Notes: generated by a model not told the origin, from the letters alone. DNA of 64,000 bases from an uncultured Planctomycetota bacterium (GCA_963823665.1 CAWGMQ010000004.1:2080001-2144000), one strand, 5' to 3'. Shown: positions 31,400 to 42,972, numbered from the stretch's first letter. Numbers and translations: made by a program.

Positions 31400-32686
31400 A
31401 TGCAGACTAAAGCGATGAACTGCTTGTTGTGGATTGGCGTGCTAGTTGGGACAGCTTCTGCAAGCGCGATCGAGACGCGGACGATCGAGATACCCATTGG
31501 CAAGACGGGTGAGATTCAGGTGTCCGAAATTGTTTCTCGTCTCGCCAGGGCGAGCGGGGTTGTCCTGGACCTACCTGAGGCCGGGCTGACGTTATCGACT
31601 CAGGGGTTTGCGAGCGCACTCACCCGGACGTTGCTCTCCGAGGCGCTGGGGCCCGAGGTCACGATCTCGTTTCGACCCGGAACGATGGTCATCGCGATCG
31701 ATGAACGCATTCTAACCTCAGCCAGGCGCGGTGAGTGGCTGGGACGACTCCATAACCTCGGGGATCGTGCGGCCGAGGCGGTGCGCAAGCGGCAGGCTTA
31801 CGGAATGCACGCGCTCAAGTCTTTTCGGGCAAACGATCCTGGCCGGCCGACGGTCTGTCTGATCCATGGACTGAATTCGTCGTCCGGCGGGTTTGTCCAC
31901 GTGATCCCGTTGCTGGAAGAGGCGGGCTATGGAATCGTGGTGTACGATTACCCGTATAACCGCGGTCTGTTCGAGTCGTGCGCGATTTTCGCACAGGATT
32001 GGGCTGCATTTCGGCGCGAGACTCAGGACCGGCTTCCGTGGTCGATCGTCGGCCATTCGATGGGAGCCCTTCTGGCACGGTCGCTGGTCGAAGACGATGC
32101 GACCTGGGCGGGTGACGTGTCGTCGCTCGTCATGATCGCGCCAGTGAATCAAGGCTCGCAACTGGCGAAGGTCCAGACATTCATGCAGATTTCGAAAGGA
32201 CTCAAGGCGATCAACGGCAAGGACGCGACCAAGGCTATGCTCAGCCTTTCCGACGGATTAGGCCAGGCGGCCGAGGACATGCTGCCCGGGAGTAAATTCC
32301 TGAAGGCACTGAATCGCCGGCCGCGCCGGGCGGGCGTGGCGTATCATATTCTGGCCGGCGATCGCGGCTTCTTGACCCGCGAGGGACGAGAACAGATTGA
32401 GGGTAGGCTCGAGCTGGTGAACCAGAATGCCGGCGTCTTCGGGCGATTGACCAGGGCTGCGACTGCTGACTTGCCCGACCTTCTCGATGAGCTTACCGAT
32501 GGCAAAGGCGACGGCTGCATTGCCGTTGAGCGAACACGGCTCGAAGGTGTTAACGACCACGTTGTCATTCACGCCAATCACGTCGAACTGGTTCGCGGGC
32601 CCCTGCTCTATCCGGAGCCGGGGCCGGTGGTGTGCATGCCGGTGGTGCTCGGGTGGCTCAAGGCCGACCGCGAAAAAGGAAAGTAG
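31400..32686 (+). CDS. Secreted alpha/beta hydrolase (lipase/esterase-like)
   Basis: Signal peptide, LIHGL, GHSMG nucleophile, GDG and NH. Confidence 0.85.
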   Translation: MQTKAMNCLLWIGVLVGTASASAIETRTIEIPIGKTGEIQVSEIVSRLARASGVVLDLPEAGLTLSTQGFASALTRTLLSEALGPEVTISFRPGTMVIAIDERILTSARRGEWLGRLHNLGDRAAEAVRKRQAYGMHALKSFRANDPGRPTVCLIHGLNSSSGGFVHVIPLLEEAGYGIVVYDYPYNRGLFESCAIFAQDWAAFRRETQDRLPWSIVGHSMGALLARSLVEDDATWAGDVSSLVMIAPVNQGSQLAKVQTFMQISKGLKAINGKDATKAMLSLSDGLGQAAEDMLPGSKFLKALNRRPRRAGVAYHILAGDRGFLTREGREQIEGRLELVNQNAGVFGRLTRAATADLPDLLDELTDGKGDGCIAVERTRLEGVNDHVVIHANHVELVRGPLLYPEPGPVVCMPVVLGWLKADREKGK

Positions 32687-32818
32687 GGTTCGCTACTTGA
32701 TGGTTCAGCGTCAACGACCGCCGAGCCAGGGTCTTGGGATTTGTCGCGCCATTCGTTAATCTGGTCGCACGCCGGGGAGTGAGTCACCGCTCGGAGCCAA
32801 TTGAAGAGGATCCCCCCA

Positions 32819-34357
32819 ATGTCTCAGACTGTTGTGACCGCGCGAGATGGGCTGCCCGCCATGGAGACAGGGCGGGAAGGCCACCCACGCGGACTTTATG
32901 TCCTCTTCACAACCGAAATGTGGGAGCGGTTCAGTTATTACGGAATGCGGGCCCTGCTGGTCCTGTATCTGACGAAGGCAATTGGTCTGGACCGACCGGC
33001 CGCATTGAACATCTACGCGATCTACACCGGCCTTATCTATCTGACTCCATTGATCGGCGGCCGGCTGGCCGATCGCTACCTTGGTCAGCGCAAGGCGGTG
33101 TTCATCGGCGGAATCTTGATGGCGCTCGGTCAACTGGCGCTGACTCAGAGAGATTCGCTCTATTTGGGTCTGGGCTTACTCATCGTCGGCAACGGCTTCT
33201 TCAAGCCGAACATTTCGACCATGGTCGGCACACAGTACCCCCAGGGCGATGCCAGACGAGACGGGGCGTATACGATCTTCTATATGGGGATCAACCTGGG
33301 CGCGTTCCTATCGCCGCTCATTTGTGGCCCTCTCGGTGAACGAATCGGGTGGGGTTATGGCTTCGGCGCGGCGGGAGTCGGCATGACGCTCGGGCTGCTC
33401 ACTTTCGTGTTCACCCAGCAATGGCTTCAGGGCAAAGGGCTTCCTCCGCTTCGCGAAGAGACGGCTCACGCCCGGCTTTCTATTCGTGATTGGATCGATA
33501 TCGCGGTGATCTCGGCGGGGATCACCGCACTTGTGTTCGGGGCGATGCACTCGTGGCCGTACATCAGCCCAATCTGGTCTCCGTCCTGGCTGACAAGCTC
33601 CTTGGCGGCGTTCTTTTACAAGGGTGCGATTTTGATCGGCGCCCTCGGATTGTTCCTTTACGCGACGGAACCCTCGAAGAGCAGCGCCTTGGCCCAATCT
33701 GTACACGAGCCATTCACCTTCGAAGATTGGCAACGGATCGCGGTGATCATCATCATCAGCCTGTTTTCGATCCTTTTCTGGATGGGTTTCGAGCAATCAG
33801 GCGGAACGCTGAATCTCTTTGCAGACGAAAAAACGAATCGAACAATCTTCGGCTACGACGTGCCGGCGTCGGTATTCCAGGCCGTGAACCCGGTATTCAT
33901 CATCACGTTGGCTCCTCTCTTCGCGATCCTCTGGACCTATCTGGCCCGGCGCCAGTTTCCGCTGCATTCCGTGACGAAACAGGGGCTCGGCCTGGCGCTG
34001 CTCGGCGTCGCGTTCCTTGTCATGTACTTCGCCGACTCGGGGCCCAAGACGGAACGGGTTTCTTCGCTCTGGCTGATCCTGGTGTACCTGATTTTCACGG
34101 TTGCCGAGCTGTTCGTTTCACCCATCGGATTGTCCCTGGTGAACAAGCTCGCACCGGCGAAGGTTGCGTCACTCATGATGGCAACGTGGTTCCTGTGCAC
34201 GGCGGCGGCCAATTATCTCGCTGGAATCATGGAGCACGTGCTCGAGCCATACCATCTGAATCTCTGGGCATTCCTGGGTGTGATGGCACTGGTCCCGGGC
34301 TTGCTGTTGATCGCCCTGACGCCAGTGCTGGTCAAGATGTCGCACGGCAGAGTGTAA
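32819..34357 (+). CDS. POT/PTR proton-dependent oligopeptide transporter
   Basis: EMWERFSYYGMRALL, GNGFFKPNIST, FYMGINLG. Confidence 0.95.
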   Translation: MSQTVVTARDGLPAMETGREGHPRGLYVLFTTEMWERFSYYGMRALLVLYLTKAIGLDRPAALNIYAIYTGLIYLTPLIGGRLADRYLGQRKAVFIGGILMALGQLALTQRDSLYLGLGLLIVGNGFFKPNISTMVGTQYPQGDARRDGAYTIFYMGINLGAFLSPLICGPLGERIGWGYGFGAAGVGMTLGLLTFVFTQQWLQGKGLPPLREETAHARLSIRDWIDIAVISAGITALVFGAMHSWPYISPIWSPSWLTSSLAAFFYKGAILIGALGLFLYATEPSKSSALAQSVHEPFTFEDWQRIAVIIIISLFSILFWMGFEQSGGTLNLFADEKTNRTIFGYDVPASVFQAVNPVFIITLAPLFAILWTYLARRQFPLHSVTKQGLGLALLGVAFLVMYFADSGPKTERVSSLWLILVYLIFTVAELFVSPIGLSLVNKLAPAKVASLMMATWFLCTAAANYLAGIMEHVLEPYHLNLWAFLGVMALVPGLLLIALTPVLVKMSHGRV

Positions 34358-34383
34358 GCCGATTTAACGGGAGACCGTCAATC

Positions 34384-36465
34384 ATGAAGCCGTGGTTCTT
34401 CGCGGTTCTTGTTCTTCTTCAACTCGCGGCGCCTTTGTTCGCCGCAGGACGCCCCATGACAGTCGAAGACCTTCTGGCCGTGAAAGGGGTCTCGGATCCT
34501 CAGGTCTCCCCTGACGGCTCGCTCGTTGTCTACGTGGTGACCCACCTCGATCAGGCTACGCAGAAAAACCACAGCAGTCTCTGGCTGGTTCCGACCGCGG
34601 GGGGGCAGCCCAAGCAGTTGACGACGGCTCCCGGGACCAACAACCACCCGCGCTGGAGCAAAGACGGCAAGTCGATCGCGTTCGTCTCGAGCCGGGGAGG
34701 CTCAAACCAGGTGTGGCTGATGCCGGTCGATGGCGGCGAGGCGCGACAGTTGACCAAGCTGCCGATCGACGTCTCAGGGCCGATCTGGTCACCGCAAGGC
34801 GACAAGATCGCGTTTGCGGCCGAGGTTTATCCAGGCACTACGGCCGAGGAGACGGCCGCCAAGGAAAAGGAGAAAGAAAGCTCGAAGAAGAAGGTTCGGA
34901 TCTATGACCGCCTGATGATCCGGCACTGGAACGCGTGGGACGAGGGGAAGCGGAGCCACCTGTTCGTGGCCGATGCTCATTCCGGCGAGGCGCGAGACCT
35001 GACTCCCAAGCTCGAGGTGAACACACCCCCTGCTCCGTTTGGCGGCTCGTCTGACTACGCCTGGTCGCCCGACGGCAAAGAGCTTGCCTTCACCGCCGAG
35101 CCGGTGACCACCGCCGCCTGGTCGACCAACACGGACATCTGGACCGTGCCCGCTCTCGGTGGCGACGCCAAGAACCTGACCGAGGCCAACAAGGGGGCAG
35201 ACGCCCAGCCCGCGTACTCGCCTGACGGCCGCTGGCTTGCGTATGTGAGCCAGGCGCGGGCGGGGTTTGAAGCGGACCAGTGGGTCTTGACATTACGAGA
35301 CCGGCAGACGGGCGGGCTTACCCAGCCGACGAAGGCCCTCGATCGGCCGGTACAGTCTTTCGCCTGGGACCCATCACTGCCGCGCACGATCATCGCGGCG
35401 ATCGATCATGAAGGAACGGTTGCCATCATCGGTTTCCGGATCGACGACGATGGGACATCGCAGATCGACTCGAAGCGGCTGCATTTTGCCCTCACGCGTG
35501 GCGGAGCAGCCCCGGCGTTCAGCGTTTCGCCCAAAGGGGGGAGCGTGGTCTTCACGCACAGCAGGGTCGCGCAGCCGGCTGAGCTCGAGCGAATTGAGTT
35601 TAGCACGCCCGATGCCTCCAAGAGCATGACCGCACCCGCGCGGCTCACAAACCATAATGCACAACTCGTCGCCGATCTCGACCTTCAGCCGGCTGAATCG
35701 TTCGAGTTCTCCGGCGCCGACGGCGACCGCGTTCAGGGGTGGCTGGTGCGTCCGCCCGGCTTCGACCCCACCAAGAAATACCCCGTTATCTTCTTGATCC
35801 ACGGCGGGCCGCAAGGGGCCTGGCATGACGAATGGCATAACCGATGGAATTATGCCATGTTCGCGTCGCCGGGCTATGCGGTGGTGGCGATCAATCCCCG
35901 CGGCTCGACCGGCTTCGGCCAGAAGTTCACCGATCAGATCAGCCAGGATTGGACGGGCCGCGTCTACGAGGACCTGATGAAGGGTCTTGACCATGCTCTC
36001 AAGACGTATGGGTTTCTGGATGGGTCGAAGGTGGCGGCCTGCGGCGGGTCATATGGCGGGTTCATGGTGAACTGGATCGCCGGGCACACCGATCGATTCG
36101 CGGCACTCATCAGTCATGCCGGCGTCTTCGACCTGACGAGCATGTACGGCACGACCGAGGAGCTGTGGTTCCCGGAGTGGGAATACGGCGGACCGCCCTG
36201 GGAGAAGGCCGAGCACTATCACGAACGGTCACCGAGCACGTTTGTCGCCAACTTCAAGACGCCCACGCTGGTGATTCATGGGGCACTCGACTTTCGCGTG
36301 CCGGACGCGCAGGGCCTTGGAATGTTCACCTCACTCCAGCGCCGGGGAGTGCCGAGTCGCTACGTCTATTTCCCCGATGAGGGGCACTGGATCGCGCAGC
36401 CCCAGAACCGCTCGGTGTGGTGGCATGAGGTCACGAGCTGGCTCGATCGCTACTTGAAACACTGA
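34384..36465 (+). CDS. S9 family peptidase with PD40 repeats
   Basis: Signal peptide, SPDG repeats, IHGGPQ, GGSYGG, DFRVP, DEGH. Confidence 0.95.
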   Translation: MKPWFFAVLVLLQLAAPLFAAGRPMTVEDLLAVKGVSDPQVSPDGSLVVYVVTHLDQATQKNHSSLWLVPTAGGQPKQLTTAPGTNNHPRWSKDGKSIAFVSSRGGSNQVWLMPVDGGEARQLTKLPIDVSGPIWSPQGDKIAFAAEVYPGTTAEETAAKEKEKESSKKKVRIYDRLMIRHWNAWDEGKRSHLFVADAHSGEARDLTPKLEVNTPPAPFGGSSDYAWSPDGKELAFTAEPVTTAAWSTNTDIWTVPALGGDAKNLTEANKGADAQPAYSPDGRWLAYVSQARAGFEADQWVLTLRDRQTGGLTQPTKALDRPVQSFAWDPSLPRTIIAAIDHEGTVAIIGFRIDDDGTSQIDSKRLHFALTRGGAAPAFSVSPKGGSVVFTHSRVAQPAELERIEFSTPDASKSMTAPARLTNHNAQLVADLDLQPAESFEFSGADGDRVQGWLVRPPGFDPTKKYPVIFLIHGGPQGAWHDEWHNRWNYAMFASPGYAVVAINPRGSTGFGQKFTDQISQDWTGRVYEDLMKGLDHALKTYGFLDGSKVAACGGSYGGFMVNWIAGHTDRFAALISHAGVFDLTSMYGTTEELWFPEWEYGGPPWEKAEHYHERSPSTFVANFKTPTLVIHGALDFRVPDAQGLGMFTSLQRRGVPSRYVYFPDEGHWIAQPQNRSVWWHEVTSWLDRYLKH

Positions 36466-36717
36466 CGCGGCGATTCTCTTCAAAGAACGGCCCCGTGATC
36501 CACCGATTTGCTCCATCCTGGGCGGGTTCCTGGTCCTTTTCTTGATGAGGGATCGCTTCGGTCCGAATGAGGTCTGTTATCCGGTTGCCGGGGGCGTCGC
36601 TGTGCTTCTGGCACTCATCAGCCCGCCCACTCTTAAACACTTCCGGCTGACGGGACAACACCGCTTGGCCCCGACGCTATCGGAAAGGCAAGCGGCAAAC
36701 ACCCCGGTGAGCCGATC

Positions 36718-37110
36718 ATGAACACGACGGAAGAAGGCGAGGATTTGCGGCCGCGTTTGTCTGCAATCGGCGGCATCATCCGCAAGCGCTGCCCGCACTG
36801 CCGCCGCGGGCGAATCTTCCAATCTCTCTGGAAGATGAACGAAAACTGCCCGGTGTGCGAGCTCGATTTCGATCGTGGCGACCCCGGTCATTTCACGGGC
36901 GCGATGTATGCCAGCTACGCGATGGCGATCCCGATCGGGACCGTTCTCACCGCGCTCGCGTACTTGATCTTCCCGACGTGGTCGCTCTTTCAGATGGTCA
37001 TGCTGGCGGCAGCGATCAGCGCACCGTTGATTCCGTGGATCTGGCAGTATTCACGGGTCCTCTGGATTTACTTCGACCGGTATTTTGATCCGGAGGATGA
37101 GACGGCTTAA
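36718..37110 (+). CDS. DUF983 family protein
   Basis: RCPHCRRGRIF...CPVC...DPGHF plus two TM segments. Confidence 0.85.
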   Translation: MNTTEEGEDLRPRLSAIGGIIRKRCPHCRRGRIFQSLWKMNENCPVCELDFDRGDPGHFTGAMYASYAMAIPIGTVLTALAYLIFPTWSLFQMVMLAAAISAPLIPWIWQYSRVLWIYFDRYFDPEDETA

Positions 37111-38925
37111 TTGCCAGCCCCCCTGCCCTGCCCTCGCAGTGCCGATTCGATCGCACGATCCATGCGGGGTAGCGTTGTGTCGGTGGCGCCGTGCTCTCGC
37201 GCCAGCAGCTTGCCGTCACGGCTGATCAGGACCATCGTGGGATAGAACTGAACCTGAAGCGCCTGTTGCAGGGGGCAAGTCCCGTCTCGGCCCGATAGCA
37301 GCACCGGATAGCTGATACCGAGTTCGTTCACGGCTTTGACCGCACTGGCTTGTCGGTCACGCGGCGCTGCTGCTTTTTCACAGGCGATCCCGACCACCTG
37401 AAATCGTTTGCCTGCGAACTTCTTCTGGAGCTCGATCAAGTGAGGGATCGACTTGCGGCAAGGCTCGCACCAGCTTCCCCAGAAATCGAGCAGGATCACG
37501 TCGGCGTCGATGTCGTGAAGCGACACCAGTTTTCCACTCAAATCGGCAAGCTTGAAATCGATCAGACGGCGCTCGGCGGCGTCGATGCTGCATGCGCTCT
37601 GCTTGACGGCATCGTCGATCGGTGCAGGAGAGCTACCCAGCAAGCGAGCCAGGCCTGACCTGGGCGGCTGATTGGTGCTCGTAAGCGTGACCACGGCATG
37701 GTCATCTTTTGGGGGGGCATCCGACCTGGCAAGGCAAACAGCCTCGTCGAGCGGCACGTTGCCTTGCTTACCGGTGATGTCGCCCCAGGTTGGGCGGCGG
37801 GCTGCCCGCACAACGGTATCAGGCTCTGACACGTTTGCCTCGACGAGCTCCTCCGGTATCGGCTGAGGGGCTTGATCGGAGGCTGGTTGAGCGCCGCGGT
37901 CGCCGGGCTGCGGATCGTCACGCTGCGGCACCGCACGCACTGCCTGATGTACAGGTTGTGACGAGCTTTCCGATTTGCTCTGAGCCGTTCGGACCAGATT
38001 CTCTTCCACCAGCGCGCGCGGACGGCGGATGGTGTTAGACGCTCCTGAACCGATCGCAGGCGGCAACGGATTTGGCCCGTCGTCATCGGCATCCTGGCTG
38101 CTCCGACTGGACGAAGCCGGCCGATCAGTCGACTCACCGCTCTCGTCGCTAACACGAGGAGCAGAACCCGATCCGGTCGCTGCTTTGGACCCACCCTGGC
38201 GGGCGTTCCAGCCTGCCTTTCCAGAGAGCTGCGAGGAACTACGAGCTGAGCTGCGCCGGCCTCTCACGTCACTGTCGGGTAACAAGGCCGTGGCTTCGGC
38301 GGCTGGCGGCTCGAGGTCTTCGGGATTGATCCGGCTGCCTGATCGTCCGTCAGTCTCGTCGGACGATTCTTCGTCCAACGAATCCACATTGGAGATCGGC
38401 TCAATCCGGGGCCGCGCCGGCCGGATCGAGGCGTGTCCCTGATTGGATCCACCGTGAGCCTGCACGCGCGATGCGGACATCTGTCTCCGGCGCCTTGACC
38501 TGTACCCGACCTGACATCAGCCCTTCTTCGTCTTCGTATTCCGCGACAACTGTATACGACGAGCCGGAACGCAGACCGGAGAGCGTGAATGCACCGGATC
38601 GATCGGTGGTCGCAACGACGGCTTTTCCGCCAGCGGTGCCTCCCACTGCGAGGCGTACCTTGGCACCCGGGACAGGCTTACCGCGTTCGTCGTAGATTCT
38701 GCCGGAAATCCGCGAGCCGGATCGCGCCGGCCGATCAATGTCTTCGGTCTCCGCACGAAGTGACGCGCCAGGCTCGCCCGATACGATCGGAAGAGGCTTG
38801 TCGCCGACCGAGGCAATCGTCTTCACATCGGATGTATTGCTCGAACGAAGCGCCCCGGTCTGCGAGCAGCCCGAGACGATCAGGACCGAGCTCAGGAGGC
38901 ATAACGTCAATTGGGAGCTGCGCAT
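37107..38925 (-). CDS. Lipoprotein: carboxypeptidase-regulatory-like domain, disordered linker and TlpA thioredoxin (frameshift near 38465)
   Basis: IVSG-C lipobox, ISGRIYDERGKPV...TDRSGAF, LLDFWGSWCEPC. Confidence 0.8.
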
Positions 38926-39188
38926 CTCGCGATTTCCTCCTCCTGATCAAGACGGCACGGTGAGCTTCATCGAGGCGCGAGTCAAAATCGAAAGGGTCGT
39001 TCATCCTGAAGACCCCCACATCAACCAAGATGCGGAACCCGTTGCTTCATCACCGGCGGCGCGCTCGCGTACCCGCGAGTGCCGTATCAAAAAGGATCGA
39101 CCGATCGCACCTCAGCTCTTGAATCGTTCCGAAAATCTCGTTCGGATCGTCGTCGCCAGCGTGACGACGGCAAGAGCATGCATGCACG

Positions 39189-40025
39189 TCAATTCCAGCG
39201 TGAAACCTCACGGCGAAGACTGACGAGCAGCTCACGGATCTCCGTTGCATCGCCCGTTTCGGGACATACTTCGAGATAGGCCTGCAACGGCTCGATCGCC
39301 TCACCGAGACGATCCGCCTGCACGCACAGGATTCCCAGATCACGCAACTCACCTGGATCGCGGCGGTTGATTGCGGTCAATCGACGCTGGATGGGTAAAA
39401 CAGACGCGATGTCGCCCGACTTTGCGTAGATTGCCTTGAGGTTTCTGAGCATCCGCGAAACCACGGTCTGGCTTGAACAGGGCTCAACCGCCGCATCAGA
39501 CAAGGTCACGTGTCGCTCGGCGATCTCGCTGAGCTTCCGCTCGCAACCGCCGCGATCGTACACTGCTCCGCCGTAGAACGGGTCAACAAAGCAGGTTTCG
39601 TCGCCGTCATCCACTCGAAGCATGAAATGCAGCGGCAGATCGACCCCTCCGATTGCCAAGCCCAGGCGTTCTGCGATCGTTCGGTATACCAGCGAGAGGG
39701 TGATCGGAATTCCAAGTCCCCGATCAAGTACCTCGTTCAGGTAGCTATTCCGCGGGTCGTAATAATCTTCCTTGTTTCCACGAAATTCCTCTTCGACGAA
39801 GAGCACCCAATTGATCTGTCCCAGAATTTCTCGCGCGATCGAACCTGGTTTGAACCGTGCATGCGCTCGATCGGCCAGGCGATGGATTCTTTCGAGGTAC
39901 ACCTCAATGTCGATCTCGGGGTAGGCATCTCGCCCGATTTCCAGGGCAACCCGGGCGAGATCGACATGATCTTGGCCGGTGAGAAGACGCAGAAACTCGG
40001 GACTATCGGCAAACGGTACGGCCAA
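39189..40025 (-). CDS. SirB1/transglutaminase-like protein with C-terminal TPR
   Basis: YYDPRNSYLNEVL, GIPITLS, PLHFML, VDPF, RMLRNLK. Confidence 0.9.
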   Translation of the reverse strand: MAVPFADSPEFLRLLTGQDHVDLARVALEIGRDAYPEIDIEVYLERIHRLADRAHARFKPGSIAREILGQINWVLFVEEEFRGNKEDYYDPRNSYLNEVLDRGLGIPITLSLVYRTIAERLGLAIGGVDLPLHFMLRVDDGDETCFVDPFYGGAVYDRGGCERKLSEIAERHVTLSDAAVEPCSSQTVVSRMLRNLKAIYAKSGDIASVLPIQRRLTAINRRDPGELRDLGILCVQADRLGEAIEPLQAYLEVCPETGDATEIRELLVSLRREVSRWN

Positions 40026-40104
40026 AATGCATTCTCCTCGGGGATGATCAACGATGCTGTGAGCCTGTCTCTACATCCTGCTCACCAAGTGCGCTCTCTT
40101 TCAA

Positions 40105-42324
40105 CTAGAAGAGCTCTTCGCCGATCACCTGCTCGTGGTCGGGAAGAACATCCGACTCTGGCTGAACGATGATGCCCTGCCCCAGAAGTTTATCGCGTTC
40201 GGAGGCGGTCAGCTTGGCGTGATCGATCGCGATGATGGTTTCGCTGATGCGCTCGGCCTGGTGTCTGAGCACAGCCATTACCCGATCGGCCGAATCTCGC
40301 TCGCCGCAGCGAATCACGGTCATCTTGGCAAGTTTGACCTGCCGTACCCAGCTTGACCAATCCTTGACCTCGCGGAGCACGTTTGCCGGCAATTCATTGC
40401 TCGCCAGACGAGTCAGCAGCGCGATGATGTCGTCACGCTGCAAGCCCAGCCGCACCGCCCTCACGATTGAGTCTCGCGTGATCTTGAGAATGGTTGCGCC
40501 GTTACCGCCGCGTTTGGTCAAGCGTTCGCATAACGGGGTCAGCTCGGCGAGGGATGCCGTGTTCAGCCCGATCACGATCACGCTGAAATCGGGCTGGATG
40601 ACGACCCGGCTGTCGTGGCCGGAGGACGGGTATAGTTCTGCCAGGTCGACCTTGTGGCCGAAGTAAAGCTCACAACTCAGCTCGCGTGCGACGCAGACCT
40701 TACCTTCGCTGTCGATGGCCGCGCGGACACAGCCAAGCGGAATCAAGCGACAGCGCACGAATGTGTCGATCAGGCTCTTGGCGGCCTCCTCGCGTTCCTC
40801 CAAGAGGGATGGCACTTGCTGTCTGCCGCGGGTGACCCGCGTGCGATCGAGCGGAAGCCCAGCGTTCAAGGGGTTATGTGCACCGAAGGCCAGATGCGCG
40901 GAGATACTATCCAGCCGGTAGAAGACCTCCGGCTCGAGCGCCGCGAGGGCGCGCTCGACGTGCGGCCGGAGTGCCAGTTGTTCGAGGCCCTGGACTATGC
41001 CCCAATTCGCTTCGTTTGCTGCCGGCCTATCCAATTTCTGTACCGTAACAGGCTCGCCGAAAAACTGTGACTCGTCCGAGACGAACGTGCGCGATCGCTT
41101 GCGATCAGGATTCAAGAGCGCTTCATACTGGTCGAATGGGTTTTCCCGTACGGAAGCTCGCGTGAAGTGTTCGACGAGCGCTGCGTATTTCTCGGCGACG
41201 CTGCTCGAAAGCCACCGGCGTCCCGCCGCGCTAAGCTGGAGCCGGACGGTGCGTTCTTCGGCAACTTCCTTTACCAGATGAAGCGTTTTGGCCCGTTCAA
41301 ATGCATCGGTGAGCCGCCCTGGCGTGGACCACTCGATGGCGTTTGTGAGCCATGCGGGCAGTGGATCCAGCACGGACAGGAACCGATCGATTTCGCGCTG
41401 GTAGAGCTCGTGGTCGGCTCGAACGCGGGGCGGCGTGTTGGCTATTTCCAGGAGGACGGATGCGAGGTCATTCACGAACACGCTCCCGTGGGGTGCGAGC
41501 TCCTTGGGATTTTCGCAGATCTGGAGGGGAGGGCGCTCGCGAGGCCGGCGGGCTTCGATGATTTTCTGGCGAACAGCGGGGAGGAATCCCACCAGGATTT
41601 CCCACGTTTCGGGCTGAAAATCCTCGAACAGCACAAGATGACCGATCAATTGATCCACGACCGCATGGACCTTCTCCGGCTTGGTTCCCCCGATCCGTCC
41701 GCAGAGCTCCAGGAGCGGGATCGGTGCACCGGCTTCCTTTACTGCTTTCAAAATCGGCTTCGCCAGAGGTTCCGCAAATGCCCGCGCTACCAACTCGTGC
41801 CAGCGGTGGCCGTTGATGAATCGCTCGAGCAACTCGTCGAGTCGATAATAGCCCTCCGAAAAACCAACCGTCTGGAGGATCGCGATGATGGCTTGCACGA
41901 GATCGGTGCGGAAAAAGGCCTCGTCGATGTATTTCGACAATTCACTCGGCAGATCGGCGTTCAGGAGGTGCATCCGGCGCAAGATACGGCCGCGCCAGGC
42001 GAAGTCGCTAACGCCAGTACCGGCGAGCACGCGATCGGCTGTCTGGCCGGGCTTGCGACGCTCAATCCTGGCGAAGCCGGTGGCGATGAGCTCATCCAGA
42101 ACGTGCGGCGGAAAGTCCTCCGTAGGCGCGCTCGGAGGATCACCATAAGGTGCCGGGTCTTTATGAGGGAGTTTCACGACGTGCAAGAACGAGTATCGGG
42201 CCGGGACTGTTAACTGCTGCCACTTGGCATCCCACGCGGCCAGGGAACGACGTCGATAGGCCCTCTCGTAGAAGTCACGCGGTTCGCCTCCATCCCATTG
42301 ATTCCAGTATGGGCTTCGCATCAC
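40105..42324 (-). CDS. Helicase-associated (Helicase_C_3-like) domain protein
   Basis: C-terminal VIQPDFSVIV...ITRDSIVRA...LPANV...W pattern; no helicase motor motifs. Confidence 0.75.
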   Translation of the reverse strand: MMRSPYWNQWDGGEPRDFYERAYRRRSLAAWDAKWQQLTVPARYSFLHVVKLPHKDPAPYGDPPSAPTEDFPPHVLDELIATGFARIERRKPGQTADRVLAGTGVSDFAWRGRILRRMHLLNADLPSELSKYIDEAFFRTDLVQAIIAILQTVGFSEGYYRLDELLERFINGHRWHELVARAFAEPLAKPILKAVKEAGAPIPLLELCGRIGGTKPEKVHAVVDQLIGHLVLFEDFQPETWEILVGFLPAVRQKIIEARRPRERPPLQICENPKELAPHGSVFVNDLASVLLEIANTPPRVRADHELYQREIDRFLSVLDPLPAWLTNAIEWSTPGRLTDAFERAKTLHLVKEVAEERTVRLQLSAAGRRWLSSSVAEKYAALVEHFTRASVRENPFDQYEALLNPDRKRSRTFVSDESQFFGEPVTVQKLDRPAANEANWGIVQGLEQLALRPHVERALAALEPEVFYRLDSISAHLAFGAHNPLNAGLPLDRTRVTRGRQQVPSLLEEREEAAKSLIDTFVRCRLIPLGCVRAAIDSEGKVCVARELSCELYFGHKVDLAELYPSSGHDSRVVIQPDFSVIVIGLNTASLAELTPLCERLTKRGGNGATILKITRDSIVRAVRLGLQRDDIIALLTRLASNELPANVLREVKDWSSWVRQVKLAKMTVIRCGERDSADRVMAVLRHQAERISETIIAIDHAKLTASERDKLLGQGIIVQPESDVLPDHEQVIGEELF

Positions 42325-42770
42325 ATCGCCCCCTCCGCCACGATCAAAGCCGCCTAGCTCTGCAGCCCTTTGATCTGAAGTAATGGCGGTGGCCCAGCAG
42401 AAGCTCTCGGATGATTTTGAAGAATCGCGTCTGAGAATCGCTTAGCCAGCTCCCTATAGCGTTACAGAAGGGCCGGGGCGAGATCAAGCAACAGGAACCT
42501 GACCTGGGTCAACCTGGCTTTTTAGCGCTCCGAACCGAGCCGCAGGTCCTGCCATGTGATTGACCTGCCAACCCGCGCAAGCGGCAGTTGCGACGCGGCG
42601 ACCAAACGCTGCGATCGCCCTGTAGAAGCTGAAATCGTCGCAGCGCGCCGGGGTGCGGCAACACCCCGGCGGCTGCCTTCCAAGGCCGGGCTCGTCGCCA
42701 TCCGTACGCCAATCGGACGTCGAGGATGGTGCGCGCCTCATCCGGGCAAATGCCCAGAGCGAGATCCATC

Positions 42771-42968
42771 ATGCCGCGCAATTCGATCAACCGAAAGTAC
42801 CGTCCAGGCTTTGAGAACCTCGAGTCCAAGCAGCTTCTGTCGGCCGGCCTGCTTGCCCACGGCGTGCAGCCTGTGATGCAGACAAGTGCGCCGGTATCGT
42901 CCCAAGCCGAGCACCAGGGGATGAGCCCGGATGGCACCGGGACGGGACTTGTCATCATCACGTCCTGA
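42771..42968 (+). CDS. 65-aa peptide with an LEPRxLL-type motif
   Basis: RKYRPGFENLESKQLLS followed by only about 40 residues. Confidence 0.65.
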   Translation: MPRNSINRKYRPGFENLESKQLLSAGLLAHGVQPVMQTSAPVSSQAEHQGMSPDGTGTGLVIITS

Positions 42969-42972
42969 CCCT

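Noticed and set aside
33490..34383. N-terminal 300-aa extension of the S9 peptidase
   Set aside because: It overlaps the POT transporter out of frame; the signal peptide begins at ATG 34384.
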